Positions 1 to 10,108 of a DNA stretch of 32,000 bases are shown in pieces. The stretch's first letter is position 1, and each line of letters begins with the position of its first letter. Location: the NCBI RefSeq assembly GCF_017876815.1, contig NZ_JAGIOS010000003.1, positions 1,470,001-1,502,000 of the forward strand. Direction: 5' to 3'. Under the pieces are notes generated by a model that saw only the letters and a program-made list of their open reading frames with translations, searched no databases and had not been told where the DNA came from. The stretch comes from Sinorhizobium meliloti. Lineage in GTDB: Bacteria > Pseudomonadota > Alphaproteobacteria > Rhizobiales > Rhizobiaceae. The translations under genes were made by a program, and so were the position numbers.

Positions 1-509
1 CCGTCGCTGCCCTGTGCAAAAGGCACGATGCCTGCGGCGACGGCCGCGGCGCCGCCGCCGCTGGAACCCGCGACGCCGCGCTCTGGGTTCCACGGATTGC
101 GCGTTGCCCCATAGAGGGGCGATTCCGTCGCCGCCGGCACGCCGAATTCGGAACTCGTCGTGCGGCCGACATTGCTTAGGCCGCCGGCGCGCAACCGTGT
201 CCAGTAGACGGAGTCATGGCCGGCGCGGTAACCTTGCGCCAGACGGCTGCCGAATTCGGCCGGGCGGCCCAATTCGATTGGGAAGTCCTTGGTGAGGGTG
301 GCAATTCCACCGAAGGGGGTGGCGGACGCCACCTCCGGCAGGATCTCGAGCGCGTCCGGATAGAGTTCGATGACGGCGTTCAGCGCAGGGTTCACGGCCG
401 CGACGGCCTGTTCGACGCACCGGCCGAGCTCCTTTGGCGTGACCTCTCCTTTCGCCAGCAGGTGGGCGAGGGCGGTTCCATCATGGGCTGCATATTCATC
501 AAGGCGCAT
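1..509 (-). CDS. amidase-signature family amidase, N-terminal part (gene runs off the window start)
   Basis: Manual minus-strand translation from ATG 509-507: [36 protein letters not shown]...[38 protein letters not shown]. This is the Gly/Ser-rich amidase signature. The start overlaps the upstream ABC ATPase stop by 11 nt. It is absent from the ORF track because it has no stop in the window. Confidence 0.8.
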   Translation of the reverse strand, partial: MRLDEYAAHDGTALAHLLAKGEVTPKELGRCVEQAVAAVNPALNAVIELYPDALEILPEVASATPFGGIATLTKDFPIELGRPAEFGSRLAQGYRAGHDSVYWTRLRAGGLSNVGRTTSSEFGVPAATESPLYGATRNPWNPERGVAGSSGGGAAAVAAGIVPFAQGSD

Positions 510-2163
510 GGGTCACTACCGGTTGCGAAGGGGGAATCGCAGGGGCCGACGGCAGTCGAGCCAACGAGCCGACCAGCGCCTGCGTATAGGGGTCCTGCGG
601 CGTGAACAGAACCTGCCGCGCCACGCCCTGCTCAACAACGCGCCCGGCTTTGAAGACATAGACACGCTGGCAAAGGCTGCTCACCACGGCGAGATCGTGC
701 GAGATGTAGAGCAGCGTCAGCGAGCGCTCACGCTGGAGACGCACGAGCAATTCCAGGACCTGCGCCTGTGTCGTGACATCGAGCGCCGAGGTGATTTCGT
801 CGGCGATGAGAAGCTGCGGTTTCAGTGCCAATGCTCGTGCAAGGCCGACGCGCTGACATTGGCCGCCGGAAAGCTGCAGTGGCTTGCGATCGCGCAGGCT
901 GCTCGGCAATTCCACCATATCCAGCAAGACGTCGGCCTCTTTCCGCGCCGCCTTTCGGTCCGCGATGCCATGCCGCCAGATCGGCTCGGCGACGGCCTCG
1001 GCAATGGTCAGGCGCGGATTGAGTGAATCGTACGGGTTTTGGAACACCATCTGCACACGGCGACGGAACGCCGTCAGCGCCTCCCCCCCGAGCGCGCCAA
1101 CATCCTGCCCGTCCAGACGGATCGCGCCGCCGCTCGGCGTGTTCAGGCGAATGATCGACCGGGCGAGCGTGCTCTTGCCGGAGCCGCTTTCGCCTACGAT
1201 ACCAACCCTTTCGCCGGTATTGATCTTAAGGTCTATGCCGTCGATGGCCCGGAAGGGATTGTCGGTTCCGAAGCCGCCGAGCAGGCCCCGCCCGGCGGGG
1301 AACGCCACCGAAAGATTTTCGATGCTCAGCAGCGGCGTTGCCCGATCCGGACCGCTCACAGTGCCATAGCTCTTGCGGCCTGGCTGGGATTCGATCAGCA
1401 GTCTTGTATAGGGATGGCGCGGCCGGTTGATGACTTCATCGATCGGCCCCTGTTCCACCACCTCGCCATTCCGCATGACCACCACACGCGAGCAGATATC
1501 CGCGACGACGCCGAGATCGTGCGAAATGAGGATCATCGCCAGCCCGTTCTTGCGATTGAGCTCCTTGAGCAGTTCAAGGATGCGGGCCTGCACCGTAACG
1601 TCGAGAGCGGTCGTCGGCTCGTCGGCGATCAACATCTTCGGCTGGCAGCCGATCGCGGCGGCAATCATCACCCGTTGTTTCATGCCGCCGGAAAACTCGT
1701 GCGGATAGGACCGTGCGCGCTTTTCAGGCTCGCGGATACCCACATCCTCCAGCAACTTGATCGCGCGGTGTAGGCCTTCGCGCTTGCCGATCCCAAGGTG
1801 CCGGAGCATCGGCGCCGCGACCTGCTGGCCGATGCGGCGCAATGGATCGAGATGCGATGCCGGGTTCTGGAAGATCATACCGATGTCGCGGCCGCGAATG
1901 GCACACAGCTCGTCCTCGCCAAGCGTCAGCAGGTCGCGTCCGTCGAGCCTGACCGTGCCCTCGGCGCGTGCCGTAGCCGGCAGCAGCCGCATCAGGGCGC
2001 GGCAGGTCACGGATTTGCCCGAACCGCTTTCGCCAACGATGCCGAGGATTTCTTCCGGCTGGAGCGTGAACGATACTTTCTTCACCGCCGCGAAACCACC
2101 GAAGCTGACGCACAGGTCCTTGACTTCAAGCAGCGGCCGCTTGCCCGTTTCCCCCGCGCTCAT
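499..2163 (-). CDS. ABC transporter ATP-binding protein with two fused nucleotide-binding domains (DppD/DppF-like)
   Basis: Two Walker A motifs (GESGSGKSVTCRAL, GESGSGKSTLARSI) and two ABC signatures (FSGGMKQR, LSGGQCQR). I place the start at ATG 2163 (MSAGETGKRPLLEVKDL), which forms an ATGA overlap with the permease stop at 2160. The track ORF up to 2313 is an upstream extension. Confidence 0.9.
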   Translation of the reverse strand: MSAGETGKRPLLEVKDLCVSFGGFAAVKKVSFTLQPEEILGIVGESGSGKSVTCRALMRLLPATARAEGTVRLDGRDLLTLGEDELCAIRGRDIGMIFQNPASHLDPLRRIGQQVAAPMLRHLGIGKREGLHRAIKLLEDVGIREPEKRARSYPHEFSGGMKQRVMIAAAIGCQPKMLIADEPTTALDVTVQARILELLKELNRKNGLAMILISHDLGVVADICSRVVVMRNGEVVEQGPIDEVINRPRHPYTRLLIESQPGRKSYGTVSGPDRATPLLSIENLSVAFPAGRGLLGGFGTDNPFRAIDGIDLKINTGERVGIVGESGSGKSTLARSIIRLNTPSGGAIRLDGQDVGALGGEALTAFRRRVQMVFQNPYDSLNPRLTIAEAVAEPIWRHGIADRKAARKEADVLLDMVELPSSLRDRKPLQLSGGQCQRVGLARALALKPQLLIADEITSALDVTTQAQVLELLVRLQRERSLTLLYISHDLAVVSSLCQRVYVFKAGRVVEQGVARQVLFTPQDPYTQALVGSLARLPSAPAIPPSQPVVTHAP

Positions 2164-3011
2164 GCCGCAACTCCCATCCGCTGTATCTGCCCCAGTCCAT
2201 CGCCGAGCAGAGCAAAACCGAGGCCGAGCGAAATGGCGGCCAATCCCGGAAACAGGCAAATCCACCAGGCTTGCTGCACGAAAGCCTGACCGTCGGCGAT
2301 CATCACGCCCCATTCGGCGAGCGGCGGCTGCGCGGCCATACCGAGGAAGCCGAAGCTTGCACCGGCGAGCATGACGAGCACCGCGTCGCTGGCTGCGTAG
2401 GCGATGACCGGTCCGATGGCGTTAGGCAGCACATGATGGCTGAGTATGGTGGCCGGCCGATAGCCGAGGCATTTGGCCGCCTGGATATACTCGCTTTCGC
2501 GGATCGTCAGTACCTGCGCCCGCACCAAACGCGCATAGCTTACCCAGCCGACGAGGGCCAGGGCCAGGATGAAGTTGAGGAGCCCCGGCCCGAGCACGCC
2601 GACAATTGCCAGCACCAGAACAAAGAAGGGGAACGCGACGGTCAGGTCATAGATGCGCATGAACACGGTATCGACCGCACCGCCGAAATAGCCGCTCAAC
2701 AGCCCGATTATCGTCCCGATCAGGAGCGGCGGAAGCACCCCGGCCACACACAGCAGCAGATCGACCCGACTTGCGAAAAGAACCCGCGAAAAGACGTCGC
2801 GACCAACTTGGTCCGTGCCGAACAAATGGGCGGCATTCGGCGGCGAAAGCATATTCATGATGTCAACGGCATTGGGATCATAGGGCGCGATCGCGGAGGC
2901 GGCTAGCGCAATCACCAACCATCCACCAAGAATGACGACTGCAATCAGGATGGTAGGGGTGGTGCTGCCGACTGGTGGCGCGGTTTGCACAAGAATAGGG
3001 CTGTCAGTCAT
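2160..3011 (-). CDS. ABC transporter permease (DppC/OppC-like)
   Basis: 283-aa multi-pass hydrophobic protein with a BPD-type permease core (SYARLVRAQVLTIRESEYIQAAKCLG). GAGGAG SD lies before ATG 3011. It sits in the operon with the other transporter genes. Confidence 0.9.
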   Translation of the reverse strand: MTDSPILVQTAPPVGSTTPTILIAVVILGGWLVIALAASAIAPYDPNAVDIMNMLSPPNAAHLFGTDQVGRDVFSRVLFASRVDLLLCVAGVLPPLLIGTIIGLLSGYFGGAVDTVFMRIYDLTVAFPFFVLVLAIVGVLGPGLLNFILALALVGWVSYARLVRAQVLTIRESEYIQAAKCLGYRPATILSHHVLPNAIGPVIAYAASDAVLVMLAGASFGFLGMAAQPPLAEWGVMIADGQAFVQQAWWICLFPGLAAISLGLGFALLGDGLGQIQRMGVAA

Positions 3012-3022
3012 GGGCTATCTCC

Positions 3023-3961
3023 TCAGAACCGGACGCGCGGATCAATGACGGCGGTGAGCAGATCCACTATCAGCGTGATCAGGACGGTCGAGACCGCGAA
3101 GATCAGCGTCAAGCCCTGCACGACATAGTAGTCGCGCCCGAGCAGCGCGTTGACCATCAGCGTGCCGAGGCCGGGCACCGCATAGACGGTTTCGACGATG
3201 ACGGCGCCGCCGATCATAAAGGCCACCATGACGCCGAGCAGGTTGAGTGTCGGCAGCAGGGCGTTCGGCAACATGGTCTGCCAGAATATCTGCCGCTCTG
3301 TGGCGCCCTGCGCCCGCGCGGCGGTGACGAAGTCGGCGGCCGTTTTTTCGATAAGGGCGGCGCGCAGGCTCTGAGTCAGAACCGGCACCAGCCAGATGGC
3401 CGTTGACAGGGCCGGCAAAAAGAGGTGATGAATATGGCCTGTGAAACCGGTGCCGTAGCCCGAGACCGGGAACCAGCCGAGGCTGACGCCCAAGAAGCGC
3501 GACATCATGATGCCCAGCCAGAATACCGGGATGGTGAGGCCGGCAATCCCCAAAAGGCGAATGATCTGGTCTGCGATGCCGCCGGGACGGCGGGCGCCGA
3601 GGATGGCGAGCACGACCGTCGGCGGGATGGCGAGGCATAGGACATAGCCGGTCAGGAACAGCGTCGGCCACATGAACTGTTCAATAAGCTGGCTCACCGG
3701 TCGCTGAAAGCGCAGCGACAGGCCGATATCGCCCAAAGCGAGATTGGCGAGATAGGTCAGGAACTGCCGCCAGAGCGGCAGGTCGAGCCCATATTGCGAG
3801 CGGATCGCCGCGATGGTTTCAGCATTCGCCCTCTCCCCGGCAAGAAGCCGCGCGGGATCGCCGGGGGCCATGTGCACTAGAAGGAACGTCACGAGGCTGA
3901 TACCGGCAAGCACACCGATCAATTGCAGCAGGCGCCGCGAAATGAGTTGCAGAAGGGGCAA
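3023..3961 (-). CDS. ABC transporter permease (DppB/OppB-like)
   Basis: 312 aa with a typical DppB N-terminus (RRLLQLIGVLAGISLVTFLLVHMAPGDPARLLAG) and C-terminal DPRVRF. TTG start at 3961, preceded by GGAGAG. Confidence 0.9.
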   Translation of the reverse strand: MPLLQLISRRLLQLIGVLAGISLVTFLLVHMAPGDPARLLAGERANAETIAAIRSQYGLDLPLWRQFLTYLANLALGDIGLSLRFQRPVSQLIEQFMWPTLFLTGYVLCLAIPPTVVLAILGARRPGGIADQIIRLLGIAGLTIPVFWLGIMMSRFLGVSLGWFPVSGYGTGFTGHIHHLFLPALSTAIWLVPVLTQSLRAALIEKTAADFVTAARAQGATERQIFWQTMLPNALLPTLNLLGVMVAFMIGGAVIVETVYAVPGLGTLMVNALLGRDYYVVQGLTLIFAVSTVLITLIVDLLTAVIDPRVRF

Positions 3962-4000
3962 TCCGGCTCTCCGGTTCGAGCGTCAGGGGGTGGAGGTGGC

Positions 4001-5548
4001 TCACGGAACGATGGAGGTTTCCTCCAGCGTCCACTGTAGCGAGGGCGTCAGCTTTAGACCCTGGAGACGTTTCGAATAGGCAACCGCGTTTGGTGCATAA
4101 TAGAGGGGGATCTGCGCCACCTCCTCGGTGGTGATCTTCTGAATCTCCTTGTAGATTTCCGCGCGCTTGGCCTGATCGGCCTCTTTGGTCCCCTGCTCCA
4201 CGAGCGCGTCAACCTTCGCGTTCGCATAGAACGTGTTGTAGGAGTTCGAGCCGCAGGATCCGCACACGGCCCAGCGGACGGCAAGGTCAGGATCGAGGGT
4301 TTCGTTGTACCACCAGTTGGCAGCAGCGTCGTAATCGCCCTTGCCGGTGGCATCCCACCAGGCGGCGCCATCGACGTTGACGATCACAGGCTTCAACCCA
4401 ATCGCCTGCCATTGGGCCTGGATCAGCAGTGCCGTCTGCTGCGCCGGCGCATCGGCGGTCGCCAGGATCTTTACCTCGCGCCCCGCCATGCCGGATTCGG
4501 CCAGTAATTCCTTTGCCTTGGCGGGTTCGTGCGGAATACCCGGGTAATCCTTGTCATGGAAATCGACGCTGCCCGGCAACGTGGTGTTCGCCGGTTCGGC
4601 ATAGCCACGCGTGATGGCTGCGGCTATGGCTTTGTTGTCAATCGCCATGCCGGCCGCCTGCCGCGCCTTCAGATTGGAGAAGGGCTCGCGCTTGTGGTTG
4701 AGCAGGGTCATGTAGATCGTGGTCGAAGGCTCGAGCCGCATATCCACCAACTCGGTCGCCTTTAGCTCGCCGATCTGCGCCCACGGCACCGCGCGCACCA
4801 CGTCGACCTCGCCGGCCTTCAGCATGGCGATGCGGGTTTCGGGCGATGTGATCTCGATCAGCTCGACCGTGGCGTCCGAATTAGGATAGCCCTTGCGCCA
4901 GTAGTGCGGATTGGGTTGGAGAACAAGCTTCTCGTTCGGCTTCCACTGCTTGACTTCATAGGGGCCGGACGTAACCGGGACCGTGGCGAAAGCCGCCTCC
5001 TCGCCGCGCTTCTCGACATCGGCCTTCGAGACGATCCCCATGTTCCAGATTTCCGCGTTGCCGAGGAACGGCGCGAAGGCCGACTTGAGCGTGATCAACA
5101 CGGTTTTCGCATCCGCCGCGGTCACGGATTCCACGGCCCCCAGCGGCGCAGGATAAGCCGATTTCTTGTCGCTCCGGATACGGTCGAGGCTGAAGGCCAC
5201 GTCGGCAGCCGTGATCGGCGAACCGTCCGAGAACTGGGCATCGCGCAGATGAAAGGTGTAGCTCTTGCCCTCCGGCGAAATTTCCCATTTCTCGGCGAGC
5301 CCCGGCTCGAGCGCGCCGGTTTCAGAGTTCCGGCGCAGCAGACGCGAATAAAGCTGGCCGTAGGTTTCTATATTGCCGGCCGCCGCGGAGCGCATCGGAT
5401 CGAGCGTCGTAGTCTGGTAAGGCGAAACGACGCGGATTACATCGTCGGCGAAGGCCGGAACGGCCCAACACAAACCCATTGCGACGAGGGTGCTGCCGTG
5501 CAGCACCGCACCCGCAGCCCGCGTGCGGGATCCGCTCAAGAAAATCAT
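4001..5548 (-). CDS. ABC transporter substrate-binding protein, family 5 (peptide/nickel/opine type)
   Basis: 515 aa with a signal peptide (GSTLVAMGLCWAVPAFADD) and family-5 SBP-like sequence throughout. GGGAGGAG SD lies before ATG 5548. Confidence 0.9.
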   Translation of the reverse strand: MIFLSGSRTRAAGAVLHGSTLVAMGLCWAVPAFADDVIRVVSPYQTTTLDPMRSAAAGNIETYGQLYSRLLRRNSETGALEPGLAEKWEISPEGKSYTFHLRDAQFSDGSPITAADVAFSLDRIRSDKKSAYPAPLGAVESVTAADAKTVLITLKSAFAPFLGNAEIWNMGIVSKADVEKRGEEAAFATVPVTSGPYEVKQWKPNEKLVLQPNPHYWRKGYPNSDATVELIEITSPETRIAMLKAGEVDVVRAVPWAQIGELKATELVDMRLEPSTTIYMTLLNHKREPFSNLKARQAAGMAIDNKAIAAAITRGYAEPANTTLPGSVDFHDKDYPGIPHEPAKAKELLAESGMAGREVKILATADAPAQQTALLIQAQWQAIGLKPVIVNVDGAAWWDATGKGDYDAAANWWYNETLDPDLAVRWAVCGSCGSNSYNTFYANAKVDALVEQGTKEADQAKRAEIYKEIQKITTEEVAQIPLYYAPNAVAYSKRLQGLKLTPSLQWTLEETSIVP

Positions 5549-5593
5549 CTTGTTCTCCTCCCGATATTTCTCTTGTGCCTGGGCACGAGGCAG

Positions 5594-5623
5594 AGGTTAC
5601 GGGATATTTCTAACTTCTGTCAA
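5594..5623 (-). promoter_or_regulatory. candidate sigma70-type promoter for the ABC importer operon
   Basis: The minus strand reads TTGACA-18 nt-TAACCT about 45 nt upstream of the SBP start, in an AT-richer stretch. This is a pattern match only. Confidence 0.25.
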
Positions 5624-5700
5624 CATTCAAGTTGTAAATATAACACGAAGCCGACTCTTGGCCTCGCAAGCCCCGGCACCTCGGCCAGCGATGGCGGCGC

Positions 5701-6975
5701 AACGGTCGAAAGACGCCGGCCGACGATTGTTCAAAGGCCCCCCCACTCGAGCAGCACCTGAATCGAAAACTTTGTGCTGATCGGGGAGTTCGAACGCACT
5801 CCAAACGCGGGGAGGCTCAGGTTAACGTCGCTATTCGCTGGTTTATCGGCTTCGGTCTGCACGAAGCTCTCCCGGACCATTCGTCGTTGACCCGTATCCG
5901 TCAGCGCTGGGGTGCAGAGCGTTTCCGAACTATCTTTGAGCGGACGGTAAAGGTCTGCGTAGCGGCCAAAGTCGCCAAGGGTGAGGTCGTTCATGTCGAC
6001 GCCTCACTCATTCGGGCCGACGTCAGTTGGGAAAGTCTTGCGGTCCGCCACATAGATGCGGTCACCGACGCCAACGAGGCTACTGAAAGCGAACGAAAAA
6101 GCCGCAAAACAGGCAAATACAAGAAAGTCTGCGTCACCGACCCTGACGCGTCCATGGCGACCAACGGGCGTAATCGGAGACTGGAGCCAGCCTACAAGCA
6201 ACATGCCGTGGTGGACGATGCTTGCGGCGTAATTTTAGATGTGGAGGTCACCACAGGCGAGACTAATGAGGGGCAATTCATACTCAGTCGTCTCGACGCG
6301 GTCGCCGCGATGACCGGCACGACAATCAAAACGGCAACGGCCGACGCCGGCTATGCGTACGCTAAGGTGTTCGCAGGTATGGAGCAACGCGCGATCGAAG
6401 CAGTTATTCCGGCAAAGGCAGAGCCAATCCGTAGCCCCGTGCCTATGCGCCGCTTTCGTTATGACGCCAAGCACGATACCCTTAAATGTCCGCGCGGCAA
6501 AATGCTGAAGGCGGGCCGTGCCGTTAAACATGGGCGCTTCTTTACATCTCGCGCGGCCGACTGTCGGCACTGCGATCTGGCGCGACTTTGCCTTTCCAAT
6601 GGCCGTGTGAACAAGGCGGTAGTGCTCGGCGATGACTATCCGGCACTCCTGCGAGCTCGTCGCCGAAGAGAACGATGGTCGGACGAGGACCGAGCTTTGT
6701 ACCGACGTCACCGCTGGCGCTCAGAGGGATATCACGGCGAAGCGAAGACCTGGCACGGGCTATCGAGAGCGATCCGGCGCGGCCTCATAAATATGAAAAT
6801 CCAAGCCTATCTGACGGCCGCGGCAGTCAACTTGAAACGACTGGCGAGTGCTTTTCTGTCAATTTTGCTGTTCGTGTACAGCCAAGAAGCCACCAGTTCA
6901 GCCCGACATTCCCTCAGGCAAGGAAAAGTTTTTGGAATCGGCTTGTTGGTGGCTTCCGCATAGCTCCGCCGACGA
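5701..6975 (+). mobile_element. IS5/IS1182-superfamily insertion sequence remnant; DDE transposase ORF 5887-6963 with a degraded N-terminus
   Basis: ORF ends ...RHRWRSEGYHGEAKTWHGLSRAIRRGLINMKIQAYLTAAAVNLKRLA, a typical IS5/IS1182 C-terminus. In-frame upstream sequence (no ATG) reads ...EAQVNVAIRWFIGFGLHEALPDHSSLTRIRQRWG, the InsH-type N-terminal domain, so the 5' part is truncated or mutated. Confidence 0.75.
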
Positions 6976-6993
6976 TTGGTTCTTCAACAGCCC

Positions 6994-7333
6994 CACGTAA
7001 CAGCGCTGCCAGGCAGCTTCCGGGATCACCTCGCCAATTGCCGCGACGAGACCGGCATGGTCGTCGGAGACCACCAGTTCGACGCCCTTCAAACCGCGCC
7101 CTTTCAACCTGACGAGGAAGTCCTTCCAGTCGGAACGGCTTTCACGGCCGGCCATCTCGACCGACAGGATCTGCCGCCGCCCGTCCCAGTCGATGCCGAC
7201 AGCGATCAGCACCGCCTGGCTCATCACCACACCGGCCTCGCGCACCTTCTCATAACGGGCATCGAGAATCAGGTAGGCAAACGGCTCTTGAAGCGGGCGC
7301 TCGGCAAAGGCCTTCAGGCTCTCGTCCAGCCGC
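6994..7333 (-). pseudogene. IS256-family (mutator-type) transposase internal fragment
   Basis: Minus-strand translation: RLDESLKAFAERPLQEPFAYLILDARYEKVREAGVVMSQAVLIAVGIDWDGRRQILSVEMAGRESRSDWKDFLVRLKGRGLKGVELVVSDDHAGLVAAIGEVIPEAAWQRCYV. There is a stop just upstream, and homology is lost where the IS5-like element abuts. Confidence 0.8.
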
Positions 7334-7640
7334 TAGCCGCATCACCAGCCTGCCATGACCGCCTCTCTCAGTGAATTTGCAGAACCTTCAACACACTACC
7401 CTGATACACTGCAATGCCTTGTTAGGAGAGCGGCAGCCATCCCATCTTGTTCGCACCCCAAATGTGAGGCGCAATTGGCGGCGCTGGAGCGCGGGTTGGT
7501 CAGCTCACGATGTAGCTGGACCTGGATAAAAAAACCGCGCCGATCGCCAGTTGCAACGAGAAACTATCCGTGGTCACCGGCCCACAGCCTGCCCCGTTAC
7601 ACGAGTGTCAAAATGATCGATCTACAAGATCGTCAACTGC

Positions 7641-8651
7641 TCACCGCACCTTCCTTGAAGGTTGGCGCAAGGCCGCCGAAATCCCGTCGTTGAAGCGGAT
7701 GGTGCGCACCTCCTCCTGGAAATCGGCGCAGGATTGCCGCCAGCGCGAGCCCGGCCAGACCAGTTCCACCGAGGCATCGAGCGGTCGGTAGACGGCGGTG
7801 TATAGCGTGCCGCAGTCACGTCCGTAGTGTGTCTGGTAGACGGGGGGGCGCTGGAAGCCGGAAAGAACGTTCTTGATACTCGCCGAGGCGGGCAGCAGTT
7901 TCTCCACCGCGGCCTCGCGCTCGACCGACTTGGTGGTCTCGGCGTGGCACGCCCATTCTACGCCGTGCTGGTGGTTGGTGCTGACGCGACGCTCCACCAC
8001 TTCCGCCGGGCGATCCGGATTTACATAGACGGTCGCATGGTTTCCCTGACGGTCGATCAGCGCGATGGAATAGGACATGTGCACGGGAATATCCCGGAGC
8101 ATGGCAACGGCTGCGGCCGTGGTGTTAGCAAACTCCAGCACGTAGCGCAGCACAACCGGCATGCCGAATCCCTGCCCCTCGGCGGTGCGCCCGCCGAAAG
8201 CGAGCGAGACGGCCAGCCCGTCCTCGTTGATGCCGTCGAGCACGCCCCACAGGCAATCGACCACCGCGACGACGCGCTTGCCGTTGAAGCGCGACGCGAG
8301 CCAGGTGCCTTCGAGAAGGCGCGGGCTGTAGTCATAGTTGCGAATGAGCGACGACTCCGCACCGGTCAGGATCGCTTGCGAACAGCCTCTCACATAGAAG
8401 GGCGGGCACCACATGGACAGGAAGCGGGCTTCCAGATCGCCGCCGCCGGCCGTCTCCACGATGGCCTCGTAGGTCGGCAGCAGTTTCGGCATATGTGTCC
8501 GCAATGCTTCGAGGCTCATGGAATAGGTCGGGCGCGATCGGACACCTTCGCGCACGAACCAGCGGCTGTAGGCAGGCCAATGGCGATAGAACACCCGGCG
8601 CCATTTGGAACCGGGCACATCTTCGTTTATAGCTTCGAACTGGAGGTCCAT
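7641..8651 (-). CDS. C45-family Ntn hydrolase / acyltransferase (acyl-CoA:6-APA acyltransferase-like)
   Basis: The internal RGCSQ suggests an autoproteolytic Gly-Cys nucleophile. LIRNYDYSP and GINEDGLAVSLAFGG blocks are typical of C45/C59 Ntn hydrolases. I prefer ATG 8651 (AGGA 7 nt upstream); the track start at 8699 is a GTG alternative. Confidence 0.7.
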   Translation of the reverse strand: MDLQFEAINEDVPGSKWRRVFYRHWPAYSRWFVREGVRSRPTYSMSLEALRTHMPKLLPTYEAIVETAGGGDLEARFLSMWCPPFYVRGCSQAILTGAESSLIRNYDYSPRLLEGTWLASRFNGKRVVAVVDCLWGVLDGINEDGLAVSLAFGGRTAEGQGFGMPVVLRYVLEFANTTAAAVAMLRDIPVHMSYSIALIDRQGNHATVYVNPDRPAEVVERRVSTNHQHGVEWACHAETTKSVEREAAVEKLLPASASIKNVLSGFQRPPVYQTHYGRDCGTLYTAVYRPLDASVELVWPGSRWRQSCADFQEEVRTIRFNDGISAALRQPSRKVR

Positions 8652-8668
8652 GGCGTCCTGCAGAATCT

Positions 8669-10108
8669 TCAACGGATCGGCTCCTTCGCTTCGTCGCACT
8701 GGATTTCGGTGACCGCCTTGCTGGCATAGAGGCGCTTGATGCCCGTGATCCAGTTGCAGGCCCGCTCGGTCAGCTCGAATTCGTCGTCCATCACCCGCCC
8801 CCGCATCATCAGGGCTCCAAGGTCGGCGCCCTTCTTTAGGGAGTCGCCGCGGCCGGTGAAGCGCACGAAGAGAGCCTCCTCATCGCTCTCGATCGCCTGC
8901 CGGTGATAGTCGAAGCGGTCGTAGGACACGCTGCCGTCCGGCGCCATGCGGTAGATGCCCGCCGCCGGCGCATGGGTGACGATTCCGTCGAGGTCCTCGG
9001 TCGACTTGAGAATCAACTGCGACCAGGAATCGATGAATTCCTCGCTTGCCCAACGATCGTTCAGTTCCTTTACGTCGATGTTGTACTCGATCCCGGAAAA
9101 TTCCATTAGGTGAAATAGGAAGAGTGGCGCATCGGCATAGGCAAAGGCGGCCTGGTTCATCAGCGAGCTTGCGCCGGATATGCGCGGATTGAGCTCGCCG
9201 AGATAGCCTTCGTTGTTCTCATCAATGAGGAAATCGAGGTTGAAATAGCCGCGATAGCCTTCCTTGCGCAACTGGTTGCCAAAGCGGAAGGCCATGTCGC
9301 GCGTCTTGGCGCGGACATTTTCGGAAAAGGCGCCGGCGAAGATTTCATTGCCAGCCCAGCCGCCCTTGTAGGGCGTCAGCTCCGGCTTGCCGACGACTTC
9401 GGTCATAAGTGGGCCGACGAGCGTGCCGGAGGCCGTGGTGCAGGCCTCCATGGTCGCGCTGCGGCAGTTGACGCGCTTCATGATCTTGACCTCCTCCTCG
9501 GCGGAAATCTCCGCGGCGTGACGGTTGTAGTCATCCTCGCTGGCGATCAAGAAGGTCGTGCGGCCGCTGTCGCCGAAGCCGGTCTGCACCACAAGATCGG
9601 TGCCGAGGCCACCCCTTCTCGCCGAACAAAGAAGTTCCTCATAGGTGCGGGCGGGGCCCAGCGTGTTGGGGACGGAGGGCACGCCCGCTTTGTTGCCGAT
9701 GCGCACGGTCTCCATCTTGTTGTCGCAGCGCTGACGCAACTTGGCCTTAGGATGCCAGACCTCGATGCCGAGTTCCTTGCAAAGTTCTTCGGTCGTCTCG
9801 TCGAACATCAGGAAGACGGCGGCCGGGCGGCCGCCGCGCCTAGCGATATGGTCGATCACTTCCTTGCGCTGGAGCAGGTGGTTGTTGATGCCCTCAATGC
9901 TCTTGCATCGGGTATGGGGGATTTTGGAGGGAGCGAAGACGTTCGGATGCCGCCCGTCGAAGGGGTCGATGTAGTTGATGAACTTGAAGTTCCCCACCCA
10001 TTCGTCGATCCCCATCAGATTGAAATTCGTCCCGGAGACGAAATAGATCGGGCGCTTGTTGCGGTGCATGACGAGGCGAATGTCGGCAATATTTCTGATG
10101 CGTTTCAT
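8669..10108 (-). CDS. ATP-grasp fold carboxylate-amine/peptide ligase (479 aa)
   Basis: Has an N-terminal pre-ATP-grasp-like region and a central ATP-grasp core (GLGTDLVVQTGFGDSGRTTF...YRGYFNLDFLIDENNEGYLGELNPRISG). The start at ATG 10108 is preceded by AAGGAGGG. The track ORF to 10198 is an extension. Confidence 0.75.
   Translation of the reverse strand: MKRIRNIADIRLVMHRNKRPIYFVSGTNFNLMGIDEWVGNFKFINYIDPFDGRHPNVFAPSKIPHTRCKSIEGINNHLLQRKEVIDHIARRGGRPAAVFLMFDETTEELCKELGIEVWHPKAKLRQRCDNKMETVRIGNKAGVPSVPNTLGPARTYEELLCSARRGGLGTDLVVQTGFGDSGRTTFLIASEDDYNRHAAEISAEEEVKIMKRVNCRSATMEACTTASGTLVGPLMTEVVGKPELTPYKGGWAGNEIFAGAFSENVRAKTRDMAFRFGNQLRKEGYRGYFNLDFLIDENNEGYLGELNPRISGASSLMNQAAFAYADAPLFLFHLMEFSGIEYNIDVKELNDRWASEEFIDSWSQLILKSTEDLDGIVTHAPAAGIYRMAPDGSVSYDRFDYHRQAIESDEEALFVRFTGRGDSLKKGADLGALMMRGRVMDDEFELTERACNWITGIKRLYASKAVTEIQCDEAKEPIR

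Noticed and set aside
7520-7545. Run of eight A's (T's on the minus strand) after a GC-rich segment, about 110 nt downstream of the C45 gene, as a possible terminator of operon A.
   Set aside because: The preceding sequence (GGCGATCGGCGCGG) forms only a 3-bp stem, so it is not a convincing intrinsic terminator.
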